Below are positions 1-9,591 of a DNA stretch of 64,000 nucleotides, piece by piece. The notes under the pieces were generated by a model, which ran no database searches, was not told where the DNA came from, and saw only the letters and a program-made list of their open reading frames with translations. The number at the start of each line of letters is the position of its first letter. Position 1 is the first letter of the stretch. Made by a program: the position numbers and the translations under genes. Location: positions 704,001-768,000 of the forward strand of contig CBDCTJ010000007.1 of the NCBI GenBank assembly GCA_965222115.1. Reading direction: 5' to 3'. The DNA is from Planctomycetota bacterium. Its GTDB lineage: Bacteria; Planctomycetota; PLA2; JAEUHO01.

Positions 1-1
1 T

Positions 2-1687
2 GCCGAGGCTCTCGCGGAGTACGAACCGCTTGATGCGAAGTCAATCACTGCACTTGCGAGCGATAAATCCCCAGCCGTCCGTGAAGCGCTTGCCACCAGC
101 CGTAAGCTGCTGAAGGCTGGGCCGGAAGATATGTTGCTACATCTGTCGCGCGACGCACATGGCGCAGTAGCGCGCGCCGCGAAGACACGAAACGTCGATC
201 GACGACCGCTCGTAGAGCGCATGGTGGAACGCGCACAGCGCTTTGCGAATGCCGAACCCTCTATGGAAGAGCCGGAAGCCGACACGCCCGATGTTGTCAC
301 TGGCTTCGAGACGCTGTTTGCAGCGGTTACCGGGGACTCCAAAGACGGAAACCGGGCTCAACTTCTGCAACGACTGCGGCGGCTGTGCTTGTCGGCGAAT
401 GAGAACCAACGTGGATTCGCATTGTTAGCACTTCCTCGCTTGGGGGAGGATGAGCGCAAGCCGTTTCTGCCCGATGCTGTGCGCGCCTTGGAGTCGCCAG
501 GGTTGCGTTCGTTTGCCGTGGGCGTGCTTGTTGAAGGCGACTGGAATCTTGCGCCGGTTCACGACTACTTGATTGCCATGCTCGACGACCCGCGATGGCG
601 TGCCGATGTACTCTTCGTACTGGCTTCGCAAGACCTGCCAATGACGCCAAGTCTTCGTGAGCACCTTACTGCGTGGCGTGATACCGAGAGTGTGCGGGTA
701 CGTGTTGCAGCCTCGCTATATGAAGTTCGAGATGTGGCCACGCGCAATGCCGCCATGGAGCGGCTCCGCGCACACTGGCACGAACTATCATTTGGTGATC
801 GAAACCTGGCGTTGGCTGTGACTCAAAGTACGTGCCCCCAGCATCGCGTGAGCCGCCAGATAGTTCGCGAGTCCTTGATCTCGCCGGTGAATACAAACCG
901 AATCGCAGCGCAAGACCAATGCAAGGCGTCCTCAAGCCTCGTCCATGTGGAAGCACTCCTCGACGGTCTTGAACGCACGGGCCCGTTGGTGGCGAGCGAG
1001 TTGTTCTATGAATTTCTGACAGTGGTTAATGAGTTCGATCCCGAGAAGCAAGCGCGCGCCCGAGAGATGTTTGTCGAGCGGCTTCATGGCTGGTGCGAGT
1101 CAGCGTCGCTCCCGCGCATTAGCGGCAACGAATTGAGCGCGTGCCGTCTTTACTCCATGGGCCATTCCCAGGCTCTCGCAGACGCGTTGGATCGATGCAT
1201 TCGACTGGATCAGCCTTCCGTGTTTCAAGTCGCCTGCGCTTTGCTTCGAAGTGAATTCGACGCTGACGTCTATCCTGAGCCCCCTGACATTCCGCACATC
1301 TTGAAGCGTATCTTGTCGATGCAAGATCGAACCGTTTCGATTCCGTTCTTGGAACGATCGGCGCTCGTTCGAGCACTCGGCAAACGCGTGTACGTATCTT
1401 CCAAAGCGATTCGCTCCGTGGTCACAGCGCTTTCGGAGGGAAAGCCACAGTACAGCCCACCGTCATTGAATCTGTTCTTCATGCGCAACCCGCAGCGTAT
1501 CCAGGACGCTCTTTCGCTCGTTCCCGGTCTCCTTGCAGCGGAGACGTCACGTACCTCAGAGATCGCACTTGACATTCTTGAGTCGGCTCGCCCCCTAGAT
1601 GAGCGCACGAAGGAAACCCTCAAGCCCCTCGTATCGCACGCGCTACCGAAGTGGCGCACGCGTCTCGAAAAGGTGCTTGCTCGATGA
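2..1687 (+). CDS. HEAT/ARM-like repeat hypothetical protein, 5' truncated by window edge
   Basis: The frame is open from position 2 (AEALAEYEPLDAKSITALASDKSPAVREALA...) into ORF 131..1687. It contains HEAT-like units such as LASDKSPAVREALA, LSRDAHGAVARAA and MLDDPRWRADVLFVLA. Confidence 0.6.
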   Translation, partial: AEALAEYEPLDAKSITALASDKSPAVREALATSRKLLKAGPEDMLLHLSRDAHGAVARAAKTRNVDRRPLVERMVERAQRFANAEPSMEEPEADTPDVVTGFETLFAAVTGDSKDGNRAQLLQRLRRLCLSANENQRGFALLALPRLGEDERKPFLPDAVRALESPGLRSFAVGVLVEGDWNLAPVHDYLIAMLDDPRWRADVLFVLASQDLPMTPSLREHLTAWRDTESVRVRVAASLYEVRDVATRNAAMERLRAHWHELSFGDRNLALAVTQSTCPQHRVSRQIVRESLISPVNTNRIAAQDQCKASSSLVHVEALLDGLERTGPLVASELFYEFLTVVNEFDPEKQARAREMFVERLHGWCESASLPRISGNELSACRLYSMGHSQALADALDRCIRLDQPSVFQVACALLRSEFDADVYPEPPDIPHILKRILSMQDRTVSIPFLERSALVRALGKRVYVSSKAIRSVVTALSEGKPQYSPPSLNLFFMRNPQRIQDALSLVPGLLAAETSRTSEIALDILESARPLDERTKETLKPLVSHALPKWRTRLEKVLAR

Positions 1688-1706
1688 ACGACCTAGAGCG
1701 CGTTTC

Positions 1707-2009
1707 ATGAGCTGGGCCAAGCACGCCAAGGAGGCACTACGTCGCGGTGAGGTTGTGAAGGTACGACCGCGCGGGCATTCCATGAAGGGTAAGATCAACA
1801 GCGGAGACCTCGTGACACTCGCGCCGTGTGACGCGAGTGAATTGCGCGTGGACGACATTGTGCTCGTTCGCGTTCGAGGAACCGACTACCTGCACCTCAT
1901 CAAGGCCGTTGACGGGGCGCGCTTCCAGATCGGCAACAACCGAGGTGGAATCAATGGCTGGGTGCGCGCGAATGCGATCTATGGCATAGCCACGCGCGTT
2001 GAGGGATAG
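1707..2009 (+). CDS. Small S24/S26 peptidase-like protein
   Basis: ATG at 1707 gives 100 aa with G-H-S-M catalytic-Ser-like motif, GDLV and DIVLV beta strands, and YLHLIK/GNN motifs typical of the S24/S26 fold. Confidence 0.65.
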   Translation: MSWAKHAKEALRRGEVVKVRPRGHSMKGKINSGDLVTLAPCDASELRVDDIVLVRVRGTDYLHLIKAVDGARFQIGNNRGGINGWVRANAIYGIATRVEG

Positions 2010-2015
2010 TCTTCG

Positions 2016-2537
2016 TTGTCCACGTACGACCACGAATTGCCGAGTACGGATGATATGCGTCTTGCGTTCCGCGTCGTTCCCATGTCCGAAGCCCACGCAC
2101 GGGATACGGCGAACTGGCACTACGACGGCGACATGTCGATCTACGACAATCCGAGTTGGGATGAAATGACGGAGCGTCGCTGGGGCGTGACGATTCCCCA
2201 GTATCGCGAGCGCGATTTTCTGGCGCTGATCGATGCTGACGAAAACGTAGCGGGGTTCTTACGACTGATCGATCGAGGGGAGTGGATCGATGTCGGGCTT
2301 GGACTACGACCCGATCTCTGTGGCAAGGGTCACGGCGTAGAGGCCATGGCGCATATTGAGCAAGAAGCGCTTCGCCGGAAAGGTCCGTGCACGATGCGCC
2401 TTTCGGTGCGCACCAACAATCGCCGCGCGATTCGGTGCTACGAGAAGGCTGGATGGACGCGCGTCGGCGTCATAGAGCGCACGACCTTGCTTGGCCCCGG
2501 CGAGTTCTTGAAGATGGAGCGGCGGGCAGAGCCGTAG
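2016..2537 (+). CDS. GNAT family N-acetyltransferase
   Basis: Acetyl-CoA binding motif A (GLRPDLCGKGHG) and the N-x-x-A-x-x-x-YEKAGW motif. Confidence 0.9.
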   Translation: MSTYDHELPSTDDMRLAFRVVPMSEAHARDTANWHYDGDMSIYDNPSWDEMTERRWGVTIPQYRERDFLALIDADENVAGFLRLIDRGEWIDVGLGLRPDLCGKGHGVEAMAHIEQEALRRKGPCTMRLSVRTNNRRAIRCYEKAGWTRVGVIERTTLLGPGEFLKMERRAEP

Positions 2538-2682
2538 GACGCTTCGCGCGTGTGACCGAAGCGCGTGAATAGTTAAGAACGCTCACCAAGTCGCTCAGTC
2601 ATGAGCGAAAACAAGAAAATTGGAATTCCGCGACGGGTAGTGCTCCAGAGGGTGTCAGGCCTCATGGTCGAAGGAGTTTTCA

Positions 2683-4797
2683 ATGGTATTTCATGGTCGC
2701 TTAGGCGTAGTGCTATCCCGTTTCGCGTTTGCGTTGTTGGTTGCCGTGTTGGTAAACGCATGCGGAGGCGGCGGCGGGAGCAGCGGAGGCAGTGTTCTTG
2801 GCGGTGGCGGGACATTGCTTGAGAAACCCATTATCTTGTTTCCACCCGCGCCGTGCGTGACCACGGAAGCGACAATTACGGTGCGAGGCATGGTGGAAGA
2901 TCCAACCGGTGTTACTGGAATTGACGTCAATGGTGTTGCGGCGACGAGCTTTGATGGATACGCAACCTGGCGGGCGGACGTCACGTTAGCACCGGGCGAC
3001 AACACGATTACTGCGTCGCACCTGCCGGTCGCCGCTGGTTCGCAGCGAGACACCGTTGATGTGCGACTTGACGATCCCGTTGTTTTCGATTGCGAGGAGG
3101 CTGCATTCGATGCCACGCGGCAACGGTTCTATCATTTGAATAGAAACTCCGGCGAGATCATGCGCACCGACTTAGCAACGGGAGCGCGGCGAATCATCGC
3201 GACGGTTCCGTCGACGCGTCGCATTGCAGTCTCTGAGGCTACCGGCGTTGTGTATGCGCTTACCGCGATGGGGAGCGCGCCGAGGCAGCGTGCACTGATG
3301 TCGGTAGACCCTGATTCGGGTACTACAACAACGATCTATCAGCATGCAGACGGCAATGGTCCCGACTTGGTGGAAGGCGCTGACGCGATAGGGATGGTTA
3401 TCAATGATGCGACTCAGCGCGCGATTGTGATGATTCCCGATGTACAAATGGCGCTCTTCTGGATTGACCTCACAACGGGCATGCGTGACTTCGCGGCGAA
3501 GTTGGAGAGTGGGGGGATCTATGTGGACTTCGTGGTCAATCAGGCAGGCGACACGGCTTATGTCATGGACCACACACGTGATGGCGCGCTTCGGGAAATC
3601 GATCTGACGACGGGGAATCAAACCGACGAGTTGGTCATCGACGTTACGACGGGCGACCATCTGGCCATTCGGGAAGACCTAGGAAGCGACCCCGTTCTAT
3701 ACTATCTCAACTTTGGCACGCTCTACGAGTACCGGGTGGCGTCACGTTCCTACACTACGGTGATGCCGTTCGGAGGGCCCGGTCGAAACGATTGGGCGTA
3801 CACCAGCTATCACAATGGGCTCAGGCGGATGTGGGTGGATGCCGCGAATCGAAGGCTTATTGCACCCGCGATGCACACGCCGGAAATCGTAGCGTTTCAA
3901 CTGGCGACTTTGACCACTGAGATTCTGTTCGAAATTCTGCGCATCGGTACCGGCCCGTCAGCAGGTGCCCAAGACGTTGGCCTTCTTGGCGATCGACATC
4001 TTGTCTTTTCCGGGTCCCACAGATTAGGCTTATATGCGTTCGACCTCCAAACGGGCGCACGCGACGAAGTGTTTGATTCGGATCGACTTCTACTTGGCGG
4101 TTCGCAAAACTACACACGCCAATTGGTAGTAGACGGCGAACGCATCTTGTTTGTTCTTCAACGAGATGGCCCAGAGTATGAGGTCGTCCAGTATGACGTA
4201 GCGCGCGACGCTCTCTCGTTTCTTGGTCCTGACCCCGATGCAAACATCGATATTTACGATCTCGCGCTGGATGCGTCCCAGGATATCTTGCTTGCTACCG
4301 ATCGAGGACTTTTCGGCTTTTCGCGTGCCACAAACATGACGAACGAAATCATGCCGGAAGACAGCACCGATGTTCCTCCCTTCATTCGGCTCCGTCGTAT
4401 TCAGGCGCGCCCCGGCACGACGGAGCACTACGTGACATCTGGAGGCGTTTCGCTCGGATACGATCCTGCCCTCCACCTTGCGAGCGCGAGCCCCCTGCGA
4501 CGGCGCGCGTTGACTACAAGCTCTTCCGCCCTATCCGCCAATGGCGCGTCATTTACTGCCATCGCCGGTTCCAACACCGTGGCCTATGCCGTCTCCCGTG
4601 GCGAAATGGTCCGCATCCAAGAAGTTGATGGGAGTGCCGTAGTCATGACGACCCCGGCAGCCGGCCAGATTCGACCCTGGGCGCCCTCCGGCATGACGTT
4701 GTCCGAGACAGACGTGCTTTATGAAGCGGATCTTACCTATGACGGAATCTTGGCCATCGACGCGATCACGGGTGCGTGTGTATTGATATCTAGGTAG
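2683..4797 (+). CDS. Lipoprotein with Ig-like N-domain and beta-propeller region
   Basis: AAGGAG RBS, signal peptide with lipobox VNAC followed by GGGGGSSGG, an Ig-like segment (LAPGDNTIT), and many DLxTG-type blade repeats. Confidence 0.7.
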   Translation: MVFHGRLGVVLSRFAFALLVAVLVNACGGGGGSSGGSVLGGGGTLLEKPIILFPPAPCVTTEATITVRGMVEDPTGVTGIDVNGVAATSFDGYATWRADVTLAPGDNTITASHLPVAAGSQRDTVDVRLDDPVVFDCEEAAFDATRQRFYHLNRNSGEIMRTDLATGARRIIATVPSTRRIAVSEATGVVYALTAMGSAPRQRALMSVDPDSGTTTTIYQHADGNGPDLVEGADAIGMVINDATQRAIVMIPDVQMALFWIDLTTGMRDFAAKLESGGIYVDFVVNQAGDTAYVMDHTRDGALREIDLTTGNQTDELVIDVTTGDHLAIREDLGSDPVLYYLNFGTLYEYRVASRSYTTVMPFGGPGRNDWAYTSYHNGLRRMWVDAANRRLIAPAMHTPEIVAFQLATLTTEILFEILRIGTGPSAGAQDVGLLGDRHLVFSGSHRLGLYAFDLQTGARDEVFDSDRLLLGGSQNYTRQLVVDGERILFVLQRDGPEYEVVQYDVARDALSFLGPDPDANIDIYDLALDASQDILLATDRGLFGFSRATNMTNEIMPEDSTDVPPFIRLRRIQARPGTTEHYVTSGGVSLGYDPALHLASASPLRRRALTTSSSALSANGASFTAIAGSNTVAYAVSRGEMVRIQEVDGSAVVMTTPAAGQIRPWAPSGMTLSETDVLYEADLTYDGILAIDAITGACVLISR

Positions 4798-6007
4798 CGC
4801 TTGCCAGTGCCGCGCGCACCTCGTTGGCAATCGTGCCTTCAAAGGATGCGCGCGTTACAGCCAGCTTCTTTCGCAGCTCCGCGCTCTTGAGGTGCTTGCG
4901 AGCAGCCGTGCCGAGGTAGGGCTTCCAGCGAGCGAGATCAAGTCCTCCCGGCGCCCCCTCGGCAAATCCCACAAGCGCCCGCGAATAGCCGCGTTGGCCG
5001 GCAACGCGTTTGTCGGCTTGTAATAACCCATCCAAGACTTCGCCCTTGGTGGCCAGGGACCATGCAGCGTTTCGCGAAAGCGATTCGCCCCACGCATCCA
5101 TAAAGGGGCCGCCGGGTCGAAGCCAACGCGGGTCGTCACGTAGCGGCAAAATGCGACGCAACGGATAGTGACGATGGGCTTCGGGAGCCATCACGACTTT
5201 ATTGACGGCCGTTGCACGTCCAAACGCACCGCCAAAACGTTGAAAGCGCTCGTGGGCCAGCTTGCCCCACGCCTCTTTGTAACTGCTACCAACCCTGCGC
5301 CCCTCTTCGCAACTGAAGCCTTGATCCAAGTCACCCGCGTTGTGCGTGAGATTGCCTGAGACGAGTGCGATCTCGCGTTCGCGTCCGCGTTGGTTGCAGA
5401 GCCAATCAAAGACGGCGGCTTCGCGTTTGAGTTCGTTTTCAATCGCGCGCGCAAGCCGCTCGGCGCCATCGTCGTACTTGGCGGCGAGGCAGCGCAGGAG
5501 GCCCGCCCCCAAGACTGAGAGGCGTTCGCCGTCGTGACCGCTGATGGTACCCCATTTGTCAAAGGTGAGTGTGCGTGCGGAAACAACTCGAATGTCCCAC
5601 GACGCCAACTGCTCGGCCATGGTTACGGCGCGCTCAAGGTACTCGGGGCTTCTTAGGCGAAACCAGAGATGGCCGCGGATCTTTGTGTCGACATCCGTGG
5701 GGACATAGGTGGCGCACGTTCCGAAGTGTGCCGCGAGACACAATGCGAAATACTCAAGCCACTCGGTTTCGTTCGGCTCGTTGGTTGCTTTCAACCGGTA
5801 GGCATGGGCAAGAATGTCGCGCCAACCCAGTGGTGCATTGGCTCGCGCGTCCAGTGGGCGATCCTCTTGATCGGTCTGAATGTCGCGCAGGAGCCATGGT
5901 GCCGTGTTCCAGACTTGCGCGATGAGCGTTCGCGGCCCAATGAAGCCTCCAAACGCGCCTCGCGCCTCGCCGGTTTCTTCCATGCGAATGGGCTGACAGA
6001 TGGGCAC
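4790..6007 (-). CDS. Hypothetical helical protein with His/Asp-rich motifs
   Basis: Long ORF (about 400 aa) occupying the gap between neighbours, with motifs TDVDTKIR, GHDGE, THNAGDLDQ and EAHRHYPLR. No family recognised. Confidence 0.6.
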   Translation of the reverse strand: MPICQPIRMEETGEARGAFGGFIGPRTLIAQVWNTAPWLLRDIQTDQEDRPLDARANAPLGWRDILAHAYRLKATNEPNETEWLEYFALCLAAHFGTCATYVPTDVDTKIRGHLWFRLRSPEYLERAVTMAEQLASWDIRVVSARTLTFDKWGTISGHDGERLSVLGAGLLRCLAAKYDDGAERLARAIENELKREAAVFDWLCNQRGREREIALVSGNLTHNAGDLDQGFSCEEGRRVGSSYKEAWGKLAHERFQRFGGAFGRATAVNKVVMAPEAHRHYPLRRILPLRDDPRWLRPGGPFMDAWGESLSRNAAWSLATKGEVLDGLLQADKRVAGQRGYSRALVGFAEGAPGGLDLARWKPYLGTAARKHLKSAELRKKLAVTRASFEGTIANEVRAALASAT

Positions 6008-6081
6008 GCCGAATCATAGGGAGAAGGTGAAGATCGCGCACGCGGATGAGGGAGTCCCCATCCGCGCGCGGTGCGCGTTTG

Positions 6082-6747
6082 CTAGTCGACGTTCCCTGGA
6101 ACGCGGATAACAACTTCGAGAACGGTGTCCCCCGGATTCAACATGAAGCGAGCAAGGTCCACGGGATGATCGGGATCGTTGTTGCCGGCCGTGAGGGGAT
6201 TGATGGCTTGACCGCGAAGGCGAAAACGCACAATGTCGTTGCCCGCGTCCACGTCATCCGCGACCTGATCGGTCACATCGAGGGTCTTGAGTTCTTGGAG
6301 TTCATTGTTGGAGAGCGGAGGCGTGGCAAGGACCGCGCGCGGTGTGCTCGCGAAGTCGTTCACCTGCATGCCCGCGATGCTGGTTTGCATGTGATCCACA
6401 ATGATATTGACAACCTGTGGATACGGTTCACCGGTCTTGGCACCCTGCAACGTGCGCAGCTCCGCGCTCACGACGGTGGCCCCACTTGGAAAGTTGGGTA
6501 GTTCGAAGGAAAGTATGCCGCGCTGTTCCAGAAACCCGCTTACATCGGGAATCGTTCCCACAAAGGCGTCGGAATTGTCAGCGACGAACCCGTTCTCGGA
6601 GATGTAGCCTGAGTTGGCGCGATCGATTTGTATTGTCAAGGACTCGACGTCATTGTCTTCGTTGTCATTGCCGCCACCACCGCCGCCGCAGGCGGGGGCC
6701 AACGCGAGGATGGCGATCGAAAGGAGGGATAGGGTCTTTGTAAACAT
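6082..6747 (-). CDS. Gly-rich lipoprotein with DNRLRE/CBM96-like beta-sandwich
   Basis: GAGGA RBS, lipobox LAPAC followed by GGGGGG, and RGILSFELPNFPSGATVVSAEL motif resembling DNRLRE-type domains. Confidence 0.65.
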   Translation of the reverse strand: MFTKTLSLLSIAILALAPACGGGGGGNDNEDNDVESLTIQIDRANSGYISENGFVADNSDAFVGTIPDVSGFLEQRGILSFELPNFPSGATVVSAELRTLQGAKTGEPYPQVVNIIVDHMQTSIAGMQVNDFASTPRAVLATPPLSNNELQELKTLDVTDQVADDVDAGNDIVRFRLRGQAINPLTAGNNDPDHPVDLARFMLNPGDTVLEVVIRVPGNVD

Positions 6748-6902
6748 TGGTCAATCCTCAAGGGAAGGGGAGAAAGGTGTGGCCGTCTCGCCCCAATGGC
6801 GTTGGCCTCAATCCCCTAGGCGCAGGTTGCCCGTGCGCCTAACCGTGTTTTTCACAAAATTCCTGCGGTGAGTTCCTGTGTCGCAAGATTGTGGGCCTGG
6901 AT

Positions 6903-9287
6903 CTAAAGAACGATACGACCTCGAAGCGCGCGTAGCCCACTCACGCCTTGTAGATCGTTGAGCACGATCTGCTCCACGCCTGGTGCGATGCACTGTTTGT
7001 CAATGAGGTAGTCAAAGTAGCGCAGGTACTCGTCCTGTTCGCGATCATGCGAGTAGATGACAGACAAAAAGCCTGGTTGCGTGAGTCGCTCATTCGTTTC
7101 GCGGATCGTCGACTTGTCGATGCGTTTCTTCATGATGGCGTAGCGGATGTTGTAGGAGCCCTCGACCACGAACTGCTTCTCTTCCGCACTAAACTTGATC
7201 GTGAGTGGGGACGACTGAGCGAGGACCAAGGGCGTTGTGCGAAGCGGAACGTTCATCTTGCCCGCCAAGTCCTCGGCAAGTCGTGCCATGTCACACATCG
7301 CGCGCAGTTGCCAAAGTCGCAAGTTTTCGAGGCGAACCATGCTGAACGTCTGGTCGCGCGTCATGGAGTCGCCTACATAGATGCTGTGTTCCACGCCGTC
7401 GGACTTGAACATCTCAAAGTAATGTGGAAACGTAGCTTGCGCCTCCACCTGCGCCTTTTCCAAGTAGGCCCCGAGCGTGTCGTTGATGGTCGCGACCGCT
7501 TGTTCATACTCCCTGCGTTGATCGTAGAGAATATTGAGTTCGGCGTCCATGCAGGTGAAATAACGATCGATGGCGGTGTGGCCCTTGGCGTCTTGCTCCA
7601 GGCGAAGCGATGTGGCCATGTCGCGGAAGAAGGGGTGAATGCGTCGCTGCAGCACCTCGATGATTTCGATCTCGTCGCCCGAGTGCAACTCTGTTGAGAC
7701 GAGGTCATGGGCCTGGCGCAGCTTCGTGTCGAAGTAGTCGGTGATGGGCATTGATTGCACGCGGTCAATGGCGGCAAGGGTGTCACGCGCCATACACAGT
7801 TGCGCCGCGAGATCCACCCGGATGGCCTCGTTACGTTTCGCCGACGACGCGCGTATGTCCATCGCGCCGTAAAGTGGATAGACGTTTTGAAACTCGATGG
7901 CTTCAAATGTAGCCGACCCTGAGCCTGCGAGTTCGGCCGTGTACTTGTAGGCGGCATCTTCGAAGCGCCACGCCACGCTGGGGTGAATCGCGGTGCAGTG
8001 CGTTTTGATGGCGCGTTCCATGGACGCCGTGACCGAATCCATCTCGCGCCGCGCCGCGACCGCCAGGGGAGAGAGCACATCACGAAATTTGCCCATAATG
8101 GCGGGGTGCACCGCACCGGGGGTGGGGGAAGCGAGTTCCAACGCCGCGATCACATGGTTCTGATCGCTCGCGGGGTCACGTTCGACCAGGGGGATGAGCC
8201 CCACACTGCGGTAGCCGCGTTCGCGAAACAGCGTGGGCATGCGAGAGGACTCGTTTTGCTGGCGCAAATCGAGTTCAAACTGCGGTTCACTCGTGTCGAT
8301 GGCGCGCTCATACAACGAGTTGGGCAACTCGGCCATGCACGCATTGACATCACTCAAGAGACTTCGATTGTCGCACAGCTGCGTGGCGCCGCGTGCGGCG
8401 TAGCGAAGCACCACGCCGACGTCGAGATCGGGAAGTCGCAGGACGGAACGAAGGCGAGCTTCAATCGTCTCCATGCGATGCAGCGCGCGTGGTTCCACAA
8501 GCTCAGACTTGAGCAGCGAAAGATTGTGAAGTTCCGTGATATCGACATAGCGGATATAGATAAAGCCCTCGTACACCGCGTCATGAAGCGGCATACGCGC
8601 TTCGAGCGTTTCAAGGTCTTCCATGGCGAGCAGGCGAGCGAACTCGGGTGCGTCCAACAGGCGAGACGAGGGATACGACACACGCACAAAGCGAATGCTG
8701 CCTTCGTTCATGTAGTAGCGATCGAGGCCCGTTTGCGTATCGCGGATCTGCTTTACGAACGCTTGGGGAGAATCCACGTGGCGTTGAAGTGTGTGATGAA
8801 TGATTCGATACGCGAACAACATGTTCTCGCGGTAGTACTGTCGTTTGACTAGGCCGTTGGCTTGCGAAATCTCCACGCCTTCGGCGCCAAAGATCTCGCG
8901 GTACTTGCTGGTGGTGAAGAATGAGCGCGGTGCGAAGGGCGCATAGGCGCGTACCGCGATTTCAGTATCCATGAGTTCGGGGAACACGGCACTCATCATG
9001 GCTTGCACAGTGTCGGCGTGTGTCTCAAGCACCGCATCATCGGTTACGACGCCGCGCAGGGCATCGGGAATATGCCGTGTGTGGCCCAGTGCATCCAGCG
9101 TCTCAATCAAGGGCTCAAAGCTTAGGTGCGTGGCGAAAGGCAGCTTGGCGAGGGCCGTATCGAGATGCTTTTTGGTGCCGGTCGGAATTGGAAGTGGATC
9201 CGCACGACGCGCGCTTGTTGCGGGTTTGCTCACCGTGTTCTGCCTCCCGAGCTTGTGCCAAGCGAGGGCACCATCAACCTGCATCAT
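6903..9287 (-). CDS. Large GAF-domain-containing protein (family recalled mainly from Bacteroidota)
   Basis: 794 aa with a central GAF-like segment (GYRSVGLIPL...IAALELASP) and conserved-looking C-terminal motifs FKSDGVEH, ENLRLWQL, YNIRYAIMKKRIDK and ERLTQPG. Confidence 0.7.
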   Translation of the reverse strand: MMQVDGALAWHKLGRQNTVSKPATSARRADPLPIPTGTKKHLDTALAKLPFATHLSFEPLIETLDALGHTRHIPDALRGVVTDDAVLETHADTVQAMMSAVFPELMDTEIAVRAYAPFAPRSFFTTSKYREIFGAEGVEISQANGLVKRQYYRENMLFAYRIIHHTLQRHVDSPQAFVKQIRDTQTGLDRYYMNEGSIRFVRVSYPSSRLLDAPEFARLLAMEDLETLEARMPLHDAVYEGFIYIRYVDITELHNLSLLKSELVEPRALHRMETIEARLRSVLRLPDLDVGVVLRYAARGATQLCDNRSLLSDVNACMAELPNSLYERAIDTSEPQFELDLRQQNESSRMPTLFRERGYRSVGLIPLVERDPASDQNHVIAALELASPTPGAVHPAIMGKFRDVLSPLAVAARREMDSVTASMERAIKTHCTAIHPSVAWRFEDAAYKYTAELAGSGSATFEAIEFQNVYPLYGAMDIRASSAKRNEAIRVDLAAQLCMARDTLAAIDRVQSMPITDYFDTKLRQAHDLVSTELHSGDEIEIIEVLQRRIHPFFRDMATSLRLEQDAKGHTAIDRYFTCMDAELNILYDQRREYEQAVATINDTLGAYLEKAQVEAQATFPHYFEMFKSDGVEHSIYVGDSMTRDQTFSMVRLENLRLWQLRAMCDMARLAEDLAGKMNVPLRTTPLVLAQSSPLTIKFSAEEKQFVVEGSYNIRYAIMKKRIDKSTIRETNERLTQPGFLSVIYSHDREQDEYLRYFDYLIDKQCIAPGVEQIVLNDLQGVSGLRALRGRIVL

Positions 9288-9591
9288 AGCAGCGCTCTAA
9301 AGGCGCCCGGAGGGCTGATCCATCTCGCGATTCGCGTTCGGTAAGGTGCACGACAGTGGGATCTTGTGCGTGACGGCCAGAACGTAGGTGAATTGCTACT
9401 TTCGTGTCTTGATCTCGAGTTCGATCGATGTCATCGCGAAGTGGAGTAGGTGTTTGGCCTATGGGAATCACCATGAGAACTAAACGTCGAGTTTGAAATT
9501 TCATGGTCAGTGCCAGTCTAAATTTCGTACTCGACGCGTTACGCAAGCCTAGCCTGCTGCTACCATTGGCTTATGCACGCAACCGTGGGTC

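Noticed and set aside
6837-6896. 60-bp attC-like segment on the minus strand after the GAF gene, ending in GTTAGGC
   Set aside because: The left end is GCCCACA, lacking the required RYYYAAC. Pairing is weak, and there is no integrase or second attC nearby.
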